64,000 bases of DNA. It comes from Lingula anatina (lineage: Eukaryota; Animalia; Brachiopoda). The position numbers and the translations under genes are program-made. Shown in pieces: positions 44,501 through 59,700 of this stretch; the first letter of the stretch is position 1, and every line of letters starts with the position of its first letter. The notes beneath the pieces are model-generated. The model saw only the letters and a list, made by a program, of their open reading frames with translations. It ran no database searches and had not been told where the DNA came from. The DNA lies in assembly GCA_051362555.1 (NCBI GenBank), contig CM120642.1, positions 16,802,001-16,866,000 of the forward strand, read 5' to 3'.

Positions 44501-47500
44501 AATAAAATAACACGTAGCATTAGCAAGGTCATTGTGTAGTTTACAGACACTGACCTTTATTCAGTTCAAACAAGTGTTTTCTAATTATTTACCAAAATAT
44601 TTAATTAAATGTTGATGGGATACATAGATTTGGGTGACATGACAAAGTTGATGTTTATTTAAATGTACATGTACATTGTATATAGTTAAAGTCATAATAA
44701 CTCTTCGTTTTGGCCAAAAATTGGATTTTCCTGGCGTAAATGGCAATTTTCCTGTACTTTCCAATGGTCAACGACCCCATTCCTGCATTCAAAGTTAGTC
44801 CAGGGTTTTTTTCCTAAACGCTTGGTTTTTTGTTAAATTCTCTTAAGAGATTTTAACTGACGGAGCCCTCTCTGACATGGTATAGTCACGCGATATCGAG
44901 CGGGGTTTTCTGATGACCTACTTAAAACCGCGGGAAAAGCAGACAACAACAACAGTTTATTACAATAAAATAAGATTCATACGATATAATCGTCTTATTG
45001 CTCAGAATGCATGTATATCTACAACCTGTGAAGTTCTGGGCTTTTCGTTATCCGACACTGTACAAAAACTCGCAACTTACGTCTGAGGATTGTGTAATGC
45101 GCCTGCTACATCTTATCCTGTCACATGTTATTTTGGTCTCGAATGCACGCGAGAATCCGCGTGATGCGCCAACATCCTTGGCAACGGATGCCTTGACGAC
45201 CGGGAATAAAGGCACCGAAAGCCCTATTGACAAGCACAGTTTTTTGTTTTACTACAATAACAGACGTTTTAGTGATGAAATGCAATATAATATATTTCCA
45301 AGTATTGTTTAGAATGTATTTCTTGCGGAATTTTGAATCTCAAAGGAAGAGTTATTATTGCTTTAAGTATTTTCATATAACTCATAAAAACAATTAGGAC
45401 CTGACTGTATAATCTAGAATTGTATGATTTTTTATAATTTAAATAGCAAATGATGAAGCTTTTATGCTGTTGTTATTGTTGAAATCATGATGGTCATGAA
45501 TAATGAAGTAATAATGTGATCGTTATGCATTAAAACTGGTGTGTAATAGAAATAACAGCATGTTTTAATCCTCTTCGTTACTGTTGTCTAAATGGATGAC
45601 ATGAAGGATAGAGAAGATATGGGGGTTGCCTTGCATGCTCTCTGGCAGTGAGTCCTGATTTTAGACCAGTCAAGAACATGTGGCAGTGCATTTTATTTGT
45701 CTGACAGTGTTTCCAAAACTGGAATTAAGGACTGCTTTTGGTATTTTTGACATTGAATGTTTAACTGTATTCATTTTTTTTTTTCTCATCTGGATTATTT
45801 TGTACCAAAATATGGCATTTTACACAATCAGGCCTTCCCAACTACCAGACTCGGCACCTACGGGTCCAGTATAAACCGGTTTATCAGACCACACTGCCCG
45901 TTTACAAGGTGTGTGTCAGATCGCATTACAGAGTATCAGCCACAACACCGATTTTGCCTGGTGCGCGATGTGATAGCAATGATCCTAATCTGGGTTGGAA
46001 AGTAGTGCATCTCATCTAGATTCATGCGCTGCTGCAATTTTCTCTGTTTATGCTAAAATCTGACAGTACCGCAATTTTTAACATAAAATTTAGGTTCGGA
46101 CATAGCCAATGATGTTTTGTAAATAAGAACTTGCAAACTTATATATTAATTTAGAAAAGTAGACCTAATTTTGATAGCGGAAGCATATTCTGTCGGGGGT
46201 TAAATATTTTCATGACTACCGGGATGGACGAGATTGAGGGCAGGGGTAATCCTAGAGAGGGGTGAGAAACGTCCATTGTTCTCGTCAGCGAGGCTGTCCT
46301 TTTTCAGGGTTTGTACACACTGACAGAAAACTTAAGTATTGTGGGAACGTTACTAATGAAGCCACTGGTAGTACTAGTAGATATCAGCCTGTAGTCTTGA
46401 ACAAGCGCCTCGATGACGAGTGAACAGTTGTCAAAAACAAAAGACCCAGGTGTGGAAGTTCAACTTCTGTTCATGCGTGCCGCAACGACCAAATCTAATT
46501 GCTCCTCAAGGTCACAAAACAATAACCGGTACTGACGGCTAGGCTCGTCTTAATCATATAAGTAGCGCGTTTCCACCCCCTGATTGAGGGAGTCGTCTGT
46601 TGTATTCATACGACTCCTACTTGACGAAAACGAGGCGCGATACCCGGATGACAGGTAGGCTTACAGAATTTTTGATAGGGTATGATACTCTTTTATGCGA
46701 TCTGACACACACCTTGAAAACGGGTAGTGTGATCAGATATACCGGTTTATTCTGGACCCGTAGGTGCCGAGTCTGGTAGTTGGGAAGGCCTGACAATACT
46801 TTAGTTAATTCTAGTTAGGGAGCAAAGTACATATGTGGACAACAACAGTGCCCACAGACATATTTTCTATTGTCCATATGAAATGCGGACAACCCTGTTG
46901 ATTAAATTCTCTCCTGTCTAAATGGCAGGTGATTGATCTCCATGAGTTTTACAATCTGCACAACTATGTAGAAAAATTAGGTCAGATTTTTATGGTTGAA
47001 ATTCATCACACACTTTATGCTGGGATACTATTACCAAGTTTAACTGTCACAACTTCACTGGAAATGTGCCTTTCCTGCTGAAACTGTGCATATCTAGTAT
47101 TCTGTGGTCCATCCTTTTTTTGGTGTGGAATGGCCACATATCCTGCACCCAAAGCATTTCCTTTGAATTGTAATCCACCTGCAGTGTTAGTGTAAGGCCA
47201 CCTTTTATTGCTTACGTCCTTGGCACTACCACCAGACATGTTTGTGTCTGTTGAAGGTATTGTTTAGAATTTTAATTAATATTGCACTAATTAATATATT
47301 TTTTGCATAATCTCTAAGGTTGGTTGAGCTAAATTTTCCAAAACATAACCCTTTACACTGCCTTCCCCATCTCCTCCCCCCCCCCCTCAAAAAAAAAAAA
47401 TGACCAGGCGTTTGCACACACACATACACACACGTTTCTTCAGTGATAAGTATTATGCTAATTATCCATGTGGTGTTAATATTAACATTCTTGTGACAGA

Positions 47501-50500
47501 CATCATTTCCGATGAGCCATTGTGAATTGTCTGATACAAAATTTTACTTGCAGTTATTAATGTTATGTTACTACTGCTTGCACCTCATTACTGCTGTATA
47601 TATTGACTGTATATGATGGCTGATCCTGCATCCAGATTGTGAAAGTTCTAAAAATATTGATATAATTCTAAATATGAACTTGAGATATGGACATTGTTGT
47701 ATTGAAAGTCGTAGAGATGATATATTGTTGAAATTGATAAATGAGGTGGTAGTTTGATGCTAACATTATTTTGAAACTTGCAAAATATACAAAATTACAT
47801 GAGAGAAAGCAACCATGTATCATTTGGTAGACGGGGAACATTTTCATAATCTTACTACCTGGTGTTGTCACTGCTACATGAGTGGATGGATATTGTGGTA
47901 GTTTTAGTTCCCCTTTTATTTCCTCAATTGAGAAAGGTTATTTATTTATTTCCTGAAATTAATTTGAACTCTTCATGAACAGTGAGCTAGGCCAGCTTGA
48001 ACTGGTAGAAGTATGTAATTTAACATGCAATTCATGTCCAATTTTCCATCATTAGAACCGAAAATCCACTTACAAGCATCTGCCTGGTTTTAATGGTGGT
48101 GTAATTTCCTGGAAAGTTACGCCATTGTATAGCAGTTTAGACTGTAAGTGTAATAGAAATTTGAAGGCAATTTTGCAAGTAATTCAAATACAGTTTGATC
48201 AGATGGCATGCTGCCAGGGGGTCCTAGCTTTCTCCTCTAAGACTGGGTTCCCATGTCTAGATCAACCTAACAGGATCGATCCATCTCAGAGTGGATTCTG
48301 GCCTAAGTGCTTTCAGCTAAGCGGCTTAGATGTCTGAAGCTGCTAAACGATAAATTACCCCTTAGCAGCTTCTGTAGGCGTGACAAACATCTAAGTTGCT
48401 TAAGTTGATTGCAATTTCGTGAGAATCCCCTCAGAGATAGATCGATACACAGTACGATAGGCTCTGGGAATGGTCCCTATCATGATGGAATGTACTTGAT
48501 TGGTCCTTGAATTTTGATTGATTGTGGACATTTGCTGAAATCAAAATAAAAAGGCAAGTGAATGTGTGTTTATGTTCCTCATTGGTAAAACCTGCAAAGG
48601 GGCTGGGGGGGGGGGGGGGGGAAGAGATGTTCAAAGACATCCTCGCCTACCCTAATTGACAATGATAAATTGAAGAGGACAGCTTGGTATCATGATAAGA
48701 ATTGAGAATGTGAAGAACAATGGTTACTATTTATTTATTTTAGTTAATTTGCAGATTTGTTGATAGAACATAGGAAACTGTTTACTTATATTTAAATTAT
48801 TTGTAGATTATAGTTAATTCATGTATTTTATTTTCATTTTATTTTTTAAATATTATTATTTATTTAATTATTTATTTATTCACTCATTTTAGAATTTCTG
48901 TGGGTGTGGGGGGGTTGCCTAGAGACATAAATGCTAGAGAGATTCTGTTCCTGGAATTCTGTAAGCTGGATGATTGGAACCATGCATACAACCATTGGTA
49001 TCACAGAGTATTACAGAGATATGACTATAAATAGTGGGTTACATCAGATAATATAACTGCACTGCTGGAGAAATGCTATGTTATTTTTCATACCTGAGAG
49101 AAAAAGGTAACTGAGATGGTTGTGAAAATCGTATAACTACAGTCTCAAGATGTGAAGGCCTGAAAAAAGAAGTTAGCATTCACCAGAACAATTTATTCCT
49201 TATTTGAGTGTTTTTGGTCAAATGAAATTTTATTAGATATTTTTGATCAGTTTGTGTTCATTAGATAAAATGTTTATGATACGTGTCATTTTCTTTTAAG
49301 GTAATACCGTATGTAGTGTGCTTTAGACATTTTTTATCAATTTTCCTTTGATGACCAATTTATCCCTTTTCAGAATTGGTAAGAAAAGGCAGATTAGTCC
49401 ATATTTAAGGTGTTTTTTAAAACCTTAGTCTTAAAATATAATCTTGTTGATGACATTGCCTCCTCCCTCCCCTTCCTCTCTCTCTCTCTCTCTCTCTCTC
49501 ATTCAAAATTAGATTGATTGCTGAAGTGTCTGAGAAGACCCAGTTTTGTCAACTACAATTAAGTATAGGTCCAATAAAAATTTTTTGAAAGATAATTATG
49601 TTCAGAAAAAACATATTCCACAAACTTGTGTCCGAAGTCTTTTCTAATTTTCACCTATATGAGTGGTCTCCATCTTCACTCAAAATGGCTCAAAACTTAA
49701 GGCCCCAAAACACAAATACCTGTTATAGATCATAACCCATTTTGCAATTGGCCCACTATAATGGAGAATGGAAAGTGGAAATTTCCAGGAAATTAGAATT
49801 TTGTTTTAAGAAGTTTTTAACTACATTATATGGTTTTAAGGGTGTGCGATAATGTATTAGAATAAAGTTGAACTTGTAAGAATACACTCCAAGTGGACAT
49901 TTTCAACTCCATTGGCATATATAATCCATGTATAGGTATTGTTCCACACTGATAAAATCTGCATCAGATAGCTAGGTAGCTATTTGTTATACCACCTGAA
50001 TCAGATAATAATGGATAATAGCTACTTTCAGTGGAAGCTTCTTTAGAGCATGCACTACATGATAGTGTAGAAACCGTTTTGGTAGAATTAAATAGTTCGG
50101 TAGGCAAAAAATACATTTTAGGAATTTTTTTTTAATTTACCGAATTATTATTTTTTAATTGAAAATATGGTGAATGTCTTTTACAATAAAAATGGAAGTG
50201 AAAATGGCAATGAAATCCTGCTATTGTAAAGTCAAATACTCACTATTAGAATTCAAAGAATAATAGGGATTCTACAATTAATGCGTCAGTGTGGTAAAAA
50301 ATCTTCCAGGTTGAAATTCTGGAACATAATGGTCATTAATTCATTTATGCAAATATTTATAAATTCTTTGGTGCTATCGAAGTATTTAATGGCCATTATG
50401 TTCACTGGATAAGTGTAAAGAAAATGAAAGTAGTTCTGCTTGGAAGATCTTTGAGGTAGTGCATTATATAGTAGGTGATTTATGTGTACGGATTAACTAA

Positions 50501-53276
50501 ACTCATATCGGTTGGCATGGCAATACTTAAAAACCACAGACTTAACCTTTAGAGAAAAGGCAGTATATAGGTCTGTTTGTTATGCTATTGAAATACAACA
50601 GGGGTATGTAACAGAGTGTCTTAAGATTTAGAACAAACAGAACTATAACATTTCTGGGTCTCATTGGCATGCTAGGGAAATTGTGGTTCTAAAGCAGAAA
50701 AGATGTTTGTCTAAAAGTAAAAACCTCTTTTGTGAAAATGACCACTGTTTTAGCTTGTCCTATGCTTAATACCCAGAGCTTAATTCAAGATGCCTTTCAG
50801 ATATGACTCTGTCACATGTATATTCATGTTTGTTGCAATAAAATAATTCAACCAGAAAAGTCCAGCTCTGCCGCTTAAAAAAAAAGGCCTCCTTGTGTTT
50901 GCCATCGTGTTAGCAACCAATAAAAGTGCACTGTAACTAGTAAATTACTTTGATTTGAGTACTAATAGATTTTGACATGCACATTAATTTTTGTTAGTAT
51001 TTTGTGTTTTGAACATATAATTGTCAGGATTAACTCGTAATGGACTTGAACATGGACAGTAGCAGTTTAAGGGTTTGGTTGAAAACCCTTTACCTGTCCC
51101 TGGTATATTTTTTAGACCATTATGAATTTTTACATTTGTCTTTTTGATGAAGTTTGAGCAAGATAGGATAACGGACAGTGTTAAACAGAGACTTAATTCT
51201 GAGGATGTTTTCTGCATGCGCGTACGATCACTGAACTGTTCAATTGAAAGAAATTTAAATGAAATTTTATTCTGATAAAAAAAAAGGTTTAAAAAAAAAA
51301 GAGATTTTTAAATTGCCATTGGACAAACTAATAAGAGGGCCCCCCATTTTACCTCAGACATATAGGACGCATTCACATCGAGTTGAGCCATGGCTCTACA
51401 AAGCCACAACCTAAATATGGCGGACGCACATGAAAGGAAAACCGCCTAATCTTTAATAGTGCCTCCGCCTCTCACATGCCTCCCCATGCGTCGTCCCTGC
51501 AGAGGTACAGTCATTAAATCTCGGCTCCATTGGGACGACACATGGGGAGGCGTGTGAGAGGCCGAGACACTATTAAAGATTAGGCGGTTTTCCTTTCATG
51601 TGAGTCTGCCATATTTAGGTTGTGGCTTTGTAGAGCCATGGCTCAACTCGATGTGAATGCGGCCATAGGCCCCATTCAGAATAGGGGACTTACTAGTACG
51701 AGGGTCAAATATGACGACCCACTACAAAGCTTGCCATCTTATCTGCTAATAGACACTGAATATATCCTGCAGGGAAGTGTTCAAGTGGTACGGCCATATT
51801 TGACCCTCAGACTAGTTAGTCCCCTATTCTGAATGAGGTCATAGATTCCATGTTAAGCAATGGGTGTTGATATCAAATGGACTTTTGGTTTGAAGCTAGA
51901 TGTGATCTTAATGTAGCCTTATAACTGTTATTTTGGATGAGAGACACTTAGAGAGAATGTTTCCAGAAGGTCGAATAGGATTGAACAGCATGTTTACTTG
52001 GATACATAAGCAAGAGTATATTGAATGTTTGGTTTTGCTCTGATGAAGCATTTTGGATATCACATGAATTTAATGGGAGTAGGAAAGCAGCAGAAAAGAG
52101 CATATTTGTGTGTAGGTAGATTATATATAAATGAACATGTGTATAAAGGCACATTCAGACCTATGCCAACTGCAGTCAGAAATGGTTCCCCATTTAATGC
52201 CACCCACATCAACAACCACAAAAAAAAAAGGATATTGTAACTTCATGTTAAAGAATTGTTAAGAATTGTGGTTCTTTGGTGACATCATATGGACTATTTC
52301 TAAGATAGGCAAATATCGTTTCTGAATGTAGTCGTCTGTTATATACAATTTTTTTTGTTTCATTACAGACATCATTCCTCCAGCTGCTGCAACCACAAAA
52401 GTGATAAAGGCTAGTGAAACTACCAAGAAAATAGACAAGGTAATAACAACTATGAATTATTTCTTTAGTCAGTGTCATGAAATAAATTTAATCTAATTCA
52501 GCTTGACAAAATCACAGTGCAATAGTCCACTTGTATAAGGTAAGAAATAGGTCTGAAATGCTATCCATGACAATGTTTTGGTTAAAGAAGGTACAATGTT
52601 TAATGTTATTGTACTAGCTATTATTAATTTATTTTGGATTGAAGTAGACTAAAATTTAGGTTTAAAATTAAAAAACAAATTTTGAAGTATAATTCTATAT
52701 GAGATAGAACTAAAATGTTATATATAGAAAATCCCCTGGGCTACCCTGACAAATGACATTTCAGAAAGGATTCAGGTGTTTTTTCTGCCAGTCCCACACC
52801 TGTAGTTAAAACATCCATGTTAAAATTTCAGCTAGTTGTAGGCTGATTGATATTTTTGCCATGTAATACTAAATCCAGGGTGACCCATTGCCAAGTGTGA
52901 CTATTTCATACCTCGAAACTCAACCGTGTCTTTTCTCACCCCTTGGCTATTTGTCTTCCTGTTTTAATGATTGGTAACCTGAGTGGAGTATACGTGAAGA
53001 ACGTGTTGTCTGAGAAAATGTGAGAATGGGATTGAGGGGTGGGGAAGGGGGGTAGGGTAAGGGTAGGGTTCTAGACTCCAGATTTACAAGATAATGTAAA
53101 TGTTAACATCATCATTGCTTGTCATGCTTATTGGCAGTGAGGTCAGCAACTTTTTCTCCAACAATGACATCAAATTTTTTATTCACAGTAGTTAAATTTC
53201 AACTTTTTCATTTTCTCCATTCTGGCTGCTGGTCCCCATGATCTCTACTTACCCCCCCCCCCCCCCCCTTCCCTGT

Positions 53277-53307
<31 letters not shown>

Positions 53308-56300
53308 GATTCAGCATTTTAAAACCTGATGTCAGGTAGAGCAGTGTTAAGCACACCTGTGATAATGATCTGAAGCTGGGAGGCATGTGATCTGTGCTGG
53401 GGTGTTTGATCTAGGTGACCTTGCGGGGGTCACGAGGACCTTGAAAAAGGGCATGAGAAATTAAGACATTTGGTAGCAGTTCAGACTTGAGGCACAGAGA
53501 TGCATGCATGTGTATTTGAAAGGAAGGGTATCATTTAAGCTTTTAGGTGCACAAAAATAGCCGTATCAATAAGAAATGCCCATGATTGACTGTTGCTATA
53601 GATACAAGACCTATGAGTAAGACGGTGACATAATTTTAAAGAAAACTTGGACTTGGACAATCATTTCTCAACATTACTTTTTATGTACAGACACAGATGT
53701 GTCTGTACATATAGCCATCATCTGCGTCTGTCGTCGCCGTCGTCGCTGTCGCCGTCGTCGCCGTCGCCGTGCACTTTTACCGATAACATGATAAGTGGAA
53801 AACCATTTTACCTTTTGACTTGAAACTTGCAGAACTGATGAATATTCATAATACGCAGGTCAAGTTCGAAAATCAGCATGATCGGGTCACTTTTAGGGAA
53901 TTTATGCTGTTTTTTCACTTTTTTCAGCATATATGCAGCACCGATAACACGATAAGTGGAAAACCATTTTACCTTTTGACTTGAAACTTACAGAACTGAT
54001 GAATATTCATAATACGCAGGTCAAGTTCGAAAATCAGCATGATCGGGTCACTTTTAGGGAATTTATGCTGTTTTTTCACTTTTTTCAGCATGTATGCAGC
54101 ACCGATAACACGATAAGTGGAAAACAATTTTACCTTTTGACTTGAAACTTACATAACTGATGAATATTCATAATACGCAGGTCAAGTTCGAAAATCAGCA
54201 TGATCGGGTCACTTTTAGGGAATTTATGCTGTTTTTTCACTTTTTTCAGCATATATGCAGCACCGATAACATGATAAGTGGAAAACCATTTTACCTTTTG
54301 ACTTGAAACTTACAGAACTGATGAATATTTATAATACGCAGGTCAAGTTCGAAAATCAGCATGATCGGGTCACTTTTAGGTAATTTATGCTGTTTTTTCA
54401 CTATTTTCAATATAAATGCAACACTGATAACACAATATAAGAAAAACGGATTGGCCAATTGTAATTATACTCACAGGAGTGGTCAATCTTACTAAAACGC
54501 AGGTTGAGTTCGAAAATAAGCATAATCGGGCCATTACTTAAGAAGTTATACTGTTTTTTCACATTTCCTCAGATTCAATTATTAGGCATGTTAACAGTCT
54601 CATTATTTAACTAATAAGATGCCTAAAAGTGTTTGTTTGATATTTCCTGCATCTTTACAACATTGTTAGTTGATTATGTAAAAATGATGGTAAACTTGAT
54701 ATCGTGTATTGTGTAATAAAGTGTCAAAAATGGAAATAAACTCATATCATATCATATTGCAGTTTGTTAGATTCAATCATCAACTATGTTCAGAATCTCA
54801 GAATGGAGGAAATTGGACATTTAACACTGTTCTATTGATATTTTTCCCATCTCATCAATTTTCTTAGTTGGTCATATAAAAATGGAAGTATACTGTTTAT
54901 TTTGTTTTGTTTAAAAAGTGTTAAAATGAAAATAAACCCATTTCAGAACAGTGCTGTCTTTTTTACAGTTTGGCATTTTTAAGATGTGACTTTGAAGTTC
55001 CATGAGCCTGCAGATCTTTGCTAGTCACATTTTCTGAATATCCATGATACTAATATTTTATGATTAAAAATTGATGGTCATTATGCTGTAAAACATTATG
55101 TAATATTGCATCAAAATTTGAAGAAACCCCTATTTTGGGCACTGCTCCCATGATGACCATTTAAGGAAAGTCATGTCACTTACTGTTCTCAAACTTACAG
55201 GAAAGAAACATGGGACTAAAATACAGCTTCAGTAGGCAATGCAGTCTGTTTGGTAAATTTTTCTGGTAGTTAAGCAGTTTTTTTGTGAAAATTTAATTTT
55301 TCACATATTGGCATTTTCAATGTATGACTTTGAAGTTCCATGATCCTGAAGACCTTTGCTTGTCACATTTTCTGAATATGCCTTATACTAATATTTTATA
55401 ATTAAAAATTGATGGTCATTATGCTGTTAAACATTATGTAATGTTGCATCAAAATTTGAAGAAACCCCTGTTTTGGGCACTGCTCCCATGATGACCATTT
55501 AAGGAAAATCGTGTCAATTACTGTTCTCAAACTTACAGGAAAGAAACATGGGTCTAAAATACAGCTTCAGTAGGCAATGCAGTCTGTTTGGTAAATTTTT
55601 CTGGCAATTAAACAGTTTTTTGTGAAAATGTAATTTTTCACATATTGTCATTTCCAAGGTGTGACTTAGAACCTCCACGGGCTTGAAGACCCATGCTAGT
55701 CACATTTTCTGAAAATTCATGACACTTATATTTAATTATCAAAAATCGATGGTCATTATGCCATTAAGCATTATGTAATGTTGCATCAAAATAGAAGAAA
55801 ACACAATTTTGGGTGCTGCTGCCTTGATGACCATTATGGGAAAACCGTGTTACTTATGACTGTCAAACTTTCAAAAAAGAAACACAGGACTAAAATGCAG
55901 CCTGAGTTGGAAAAGCAGTCTAATTGGCTTCTTTTTCTGGAAGCTATACATTTTAGTGTAATATTCATTATCTTTTTGGCATATTCATTGTGGGACTCAG
56001 AGCTCCCATGAACATGAAGCCGAATGGTAATCATATTTTCTACATGTCCATCCTATTTATAGTCAATAAACAAAAATTGGTGATAATTATTCTCTAATTT
56101 ATTATGTAATGTTACATCAAAATTGACAACAATCTTTTTGCACTGCTACTGCAAACATTATGAAAAGAATACTGTGCTACTTATTATCATTTTTAACTTA
56201 CAAGTACGATTTTTAGGATTGGCCTCCAGCTCATATGAGAAAACCAGCTCTATTGGATTATCATTTTTATTGAATTTATGCATTTTTTGTGAAATTTTCA

Positions 56301-56736
56301 TTTTTCTCATTCTGGCACTTTCTAAGTATAAACTTGAACTCCGATGGGCCTGAAGCCTTATGCTTTTAATTTCGTCTGTGTTACCTGTTGTGCATAAGTT
56401 GATGTTGACTGTGCAGTTAAACATAATGTATTATTGCATCAGGATTGGTAGTCTCCTATTTTGGGCATTATGGTTTTGTGCTTTTCTTAAAGTGTGACTT
56501 ATGGGCCTAAAGACCTTTGAGTGGGTCAGTCTGTAAATTACCCTTGGGTATCACTAGATTAATTTCAGAGTTATAAAGTCATTTGCCTTAATAGGCCATT
56601 AAATGAGATTACATAAAGCACACTTGTTGATATTTCCCTGTAAACTCCCAAAGGTAAAGCTCTCTGCTAGATTAATAATAAGGAAGCAGTGATAATTATG
56701 CAGGTAAATTTTGTTTAATATTGCAAATAAGTTTTA

Positions 56737-56792
<56 letters not shown>

Positions 56793-59700
56793 AACTGGAA
56801 GATTAAAAGTTTGAATAGCATCTTCATTGGAATTATATTTACCTCAAGCTCTGCCAAGGAGGTCATATTTTCACCCCCGTTTGTCTGTCATCCACATAAC
56901 ACAAAAAGTTATGGACTGATTTTGCAGAAATTTTCAGGAACTGTCGGACAATGAGGACAATGATTAATTTTTGGTGGTGGTCTGGAACAATAATCAATCA
57001 ATTATCAATAATAATCAACAATTGCTGCCTTGGCAGAGGTCTGCACTCTCAAAGTGCTTTTCTAGCTTTGTTATGTTTTCCTTTATAATTTTTTCTCAAA
57101 CACTTGCATTTGTGACTTTTAACTCTCATCTGCCTGGGGCTCTGCACATTTTCTGTATTTCCACATAAGCAGTTGTAATGTTTTTTATGTCTTTAAACAT
57201 TATGTAATATTATTTTATGCACTGTCATCATTTTTCAAATATTGAGAGTTTCATAATGTGAATTTGAACTCTCATGGTCCTGAAACTGTAATTTTATTGA
57301 AGGGGTGGACCATCTTCTGGGTCTTCCTGAAGACAGTCAGGTTATTAAGTTTATATTGACTGGTATCTATTTTTTTCTGTTGGAAGACCATCAAAATGGA
57401 GGATGGATCAACATAGATACTTTGTAATACTGTCAGAAAATATCTCTGGGTCCGCTCCTGTTATTGACCATGTTACCTGTTGTGCAAGATTAAAATTCAG
57501 TGTTGACTGACAGTGCTATTATAAGCATTATTTATTATTGCATCAAAATTGACAAAATGACCTTTTATGCATCTTTATTTTCTGTTTTTTGTCTGTACAT
57601 TTGACAGCTTTGCTGCCTTGTTATGAATTTTGTTTTTCACTCTTATTTGTCTATTTTTAAATGAATATAAGTGATGTGAATAGCAATTTGTGTTTGTTGT
57701 TTATTCCAAACACTGGTGGCTCCCTGTAAATTGAATAAAGGCAAGAATTTTTTTTTTGGTGACAGAGGTGCTTTATTAGTATGAAAAAATAAGTTATTTA
57801 AAACACAGTATGAAATTATTTGTGAACTTGGATAATTTGCACACTGGAAAAAAATTAATGGGCAGCTGTAAAATTAAAGGTCTACACGTATAACTGAAAG
57901 CTTATTAAAAAGATTATAAAAATCTTAAGGCAATGATAGAACTAAAAACCTGCCAAATCAGCAAGTTTGTTGTGGAGTATGATTCTGCAAATAATGCAAA
58001 CTGATGTTTAAATATAATCTGTGTCTTTTCAGGCCAGTGACTTCAGTGATGCAACCCAGTGGCCGTCACTCAGTGAGGTAAGGACTATGTGAAAGACAAA
58101 TATTAGGATCAACAGCTGATATGACTTGATTTTAAATATGATTTGATTGATATATTTTGAGCAACAAGTTCACTGTGTGTATGTGCATCTGTGATCTTGT
58201 TATGCAGAAACTGGATAAATTTTGCAATAAAGGGGTAACAACTCTTCGCATGAGATCTATATTTCACAATTAAAACATTGTAAACAACTCATAGAAATAT
58301 AATATATTCTATTTTACCACAAAAGTGACAGTTAAAGCATTTATTCTAACATCTTTCGGGGAAAAAACAAAACAAAACAAAACGGTGACTAACTTTGAAT
58401 TTAGAAATGGATTCATTAACCATTGTTAAGTATGGGAAAATTGTTTACCCCAGGAAAATTTATTTTTGGCCAAAATGGACAGTTGTTATCCCTTTAATTT
58501 AGGCTTAAAAAGAAAACACAACTTACTGCTGTTCTAAACCAAATGTTTGGTTTTTGATAAATGTCTACTGAGTATAAGGAAGCAAAGTGTATTTTTTTTT
58601 ATCCCAGTGAATATGTGGTATACCAGGTCAACAGTGCTTTGTTAAAATTAAAATCCAATTAGATTGTTATTGATTTAGAAATTTCTTCAGTGGAAAGAGG
58701 GAAGAAATTTCAAACTGATGAAGTGAGAACAGGTGTGTGTTATCTCTCTTAAATTATATGTGGAAACAGGTGTGAGACCAGCCTCAACTTCCAGTCAGAA
58801 AAAAAAATGATAAGAGAGAATGAGAGACTGTGTGGTGTAAACAACTTATGTGAGCTCTTATCATTATGCAACATTAAAATCAACATATTGTTATTTACAA
58901 GGAATAAATTCTCTAGGTTTATTTTAATAAATACGGTTCAGCTGTGGATTGTTATGCAAGTTATCTCATATAATTTTTAGAAACACGTTGCCTTGGCAGT
59001 TGTCTTTTTTCTTGAGGTGCTTTCTAGTTTAAAAATTGAGTATTGATTATCTGTGTTCAGACTGTATATATATATATATATATATGTATAGCATTGAGTT
59101 GCATATAAACTCACTTGGTTGTGGTTGATGATGTAATCTAAGCTGCCACACATCAGGTGTTCTGTCTGGAATGAGATCCACATTCTTTTCCAGTGGACCA
59201 TGTTGTTAGTAGTCTTGAGAAGATTTTGCTTAATAATCATGTAGAGATTGCAAGATGTACCGTCTCTCGAAAAAAATTTTTTTTTGTATATTTTCTTAAT
59301 TTATTCACTCCCAAATCAGTCAGTCATGTGTCTTTTTGCATATTCTATCTGTTTCAAGAATGATAAACAAAATTGGAGCCTGAACATTGAACATTCTATA
59401 GGAGGAAGGATATTACTTGCATTCAGGGGAGAGAACAGAATATTAATTTTTTGATACTCTGTTTCTTCAGGTTGACTCTGTGTTCTACTCAGTTTTAACT
59501 AACTTGATTATTCATATATGGTGATGAAATTATTTTTAATGTGAAAATTATTAATAAGTAGCTAGGTATAAGCATTAATAATGGTGCTCATTAATTATTG
59601 AGGACCAGAAATAAAATAGGTGAAAGTGTAATCTGTCTTGACTAAAGTATGCAGAATTTCCTTAACCATAAATTTTGTTTACCATTCTGTTTTTTCTTTC

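Noticed and set aside
48292-48430. Degenerate inverted repeat
   Set aside because: Probably an old MITE, but it is too decayed to define TIRs or a TSD.
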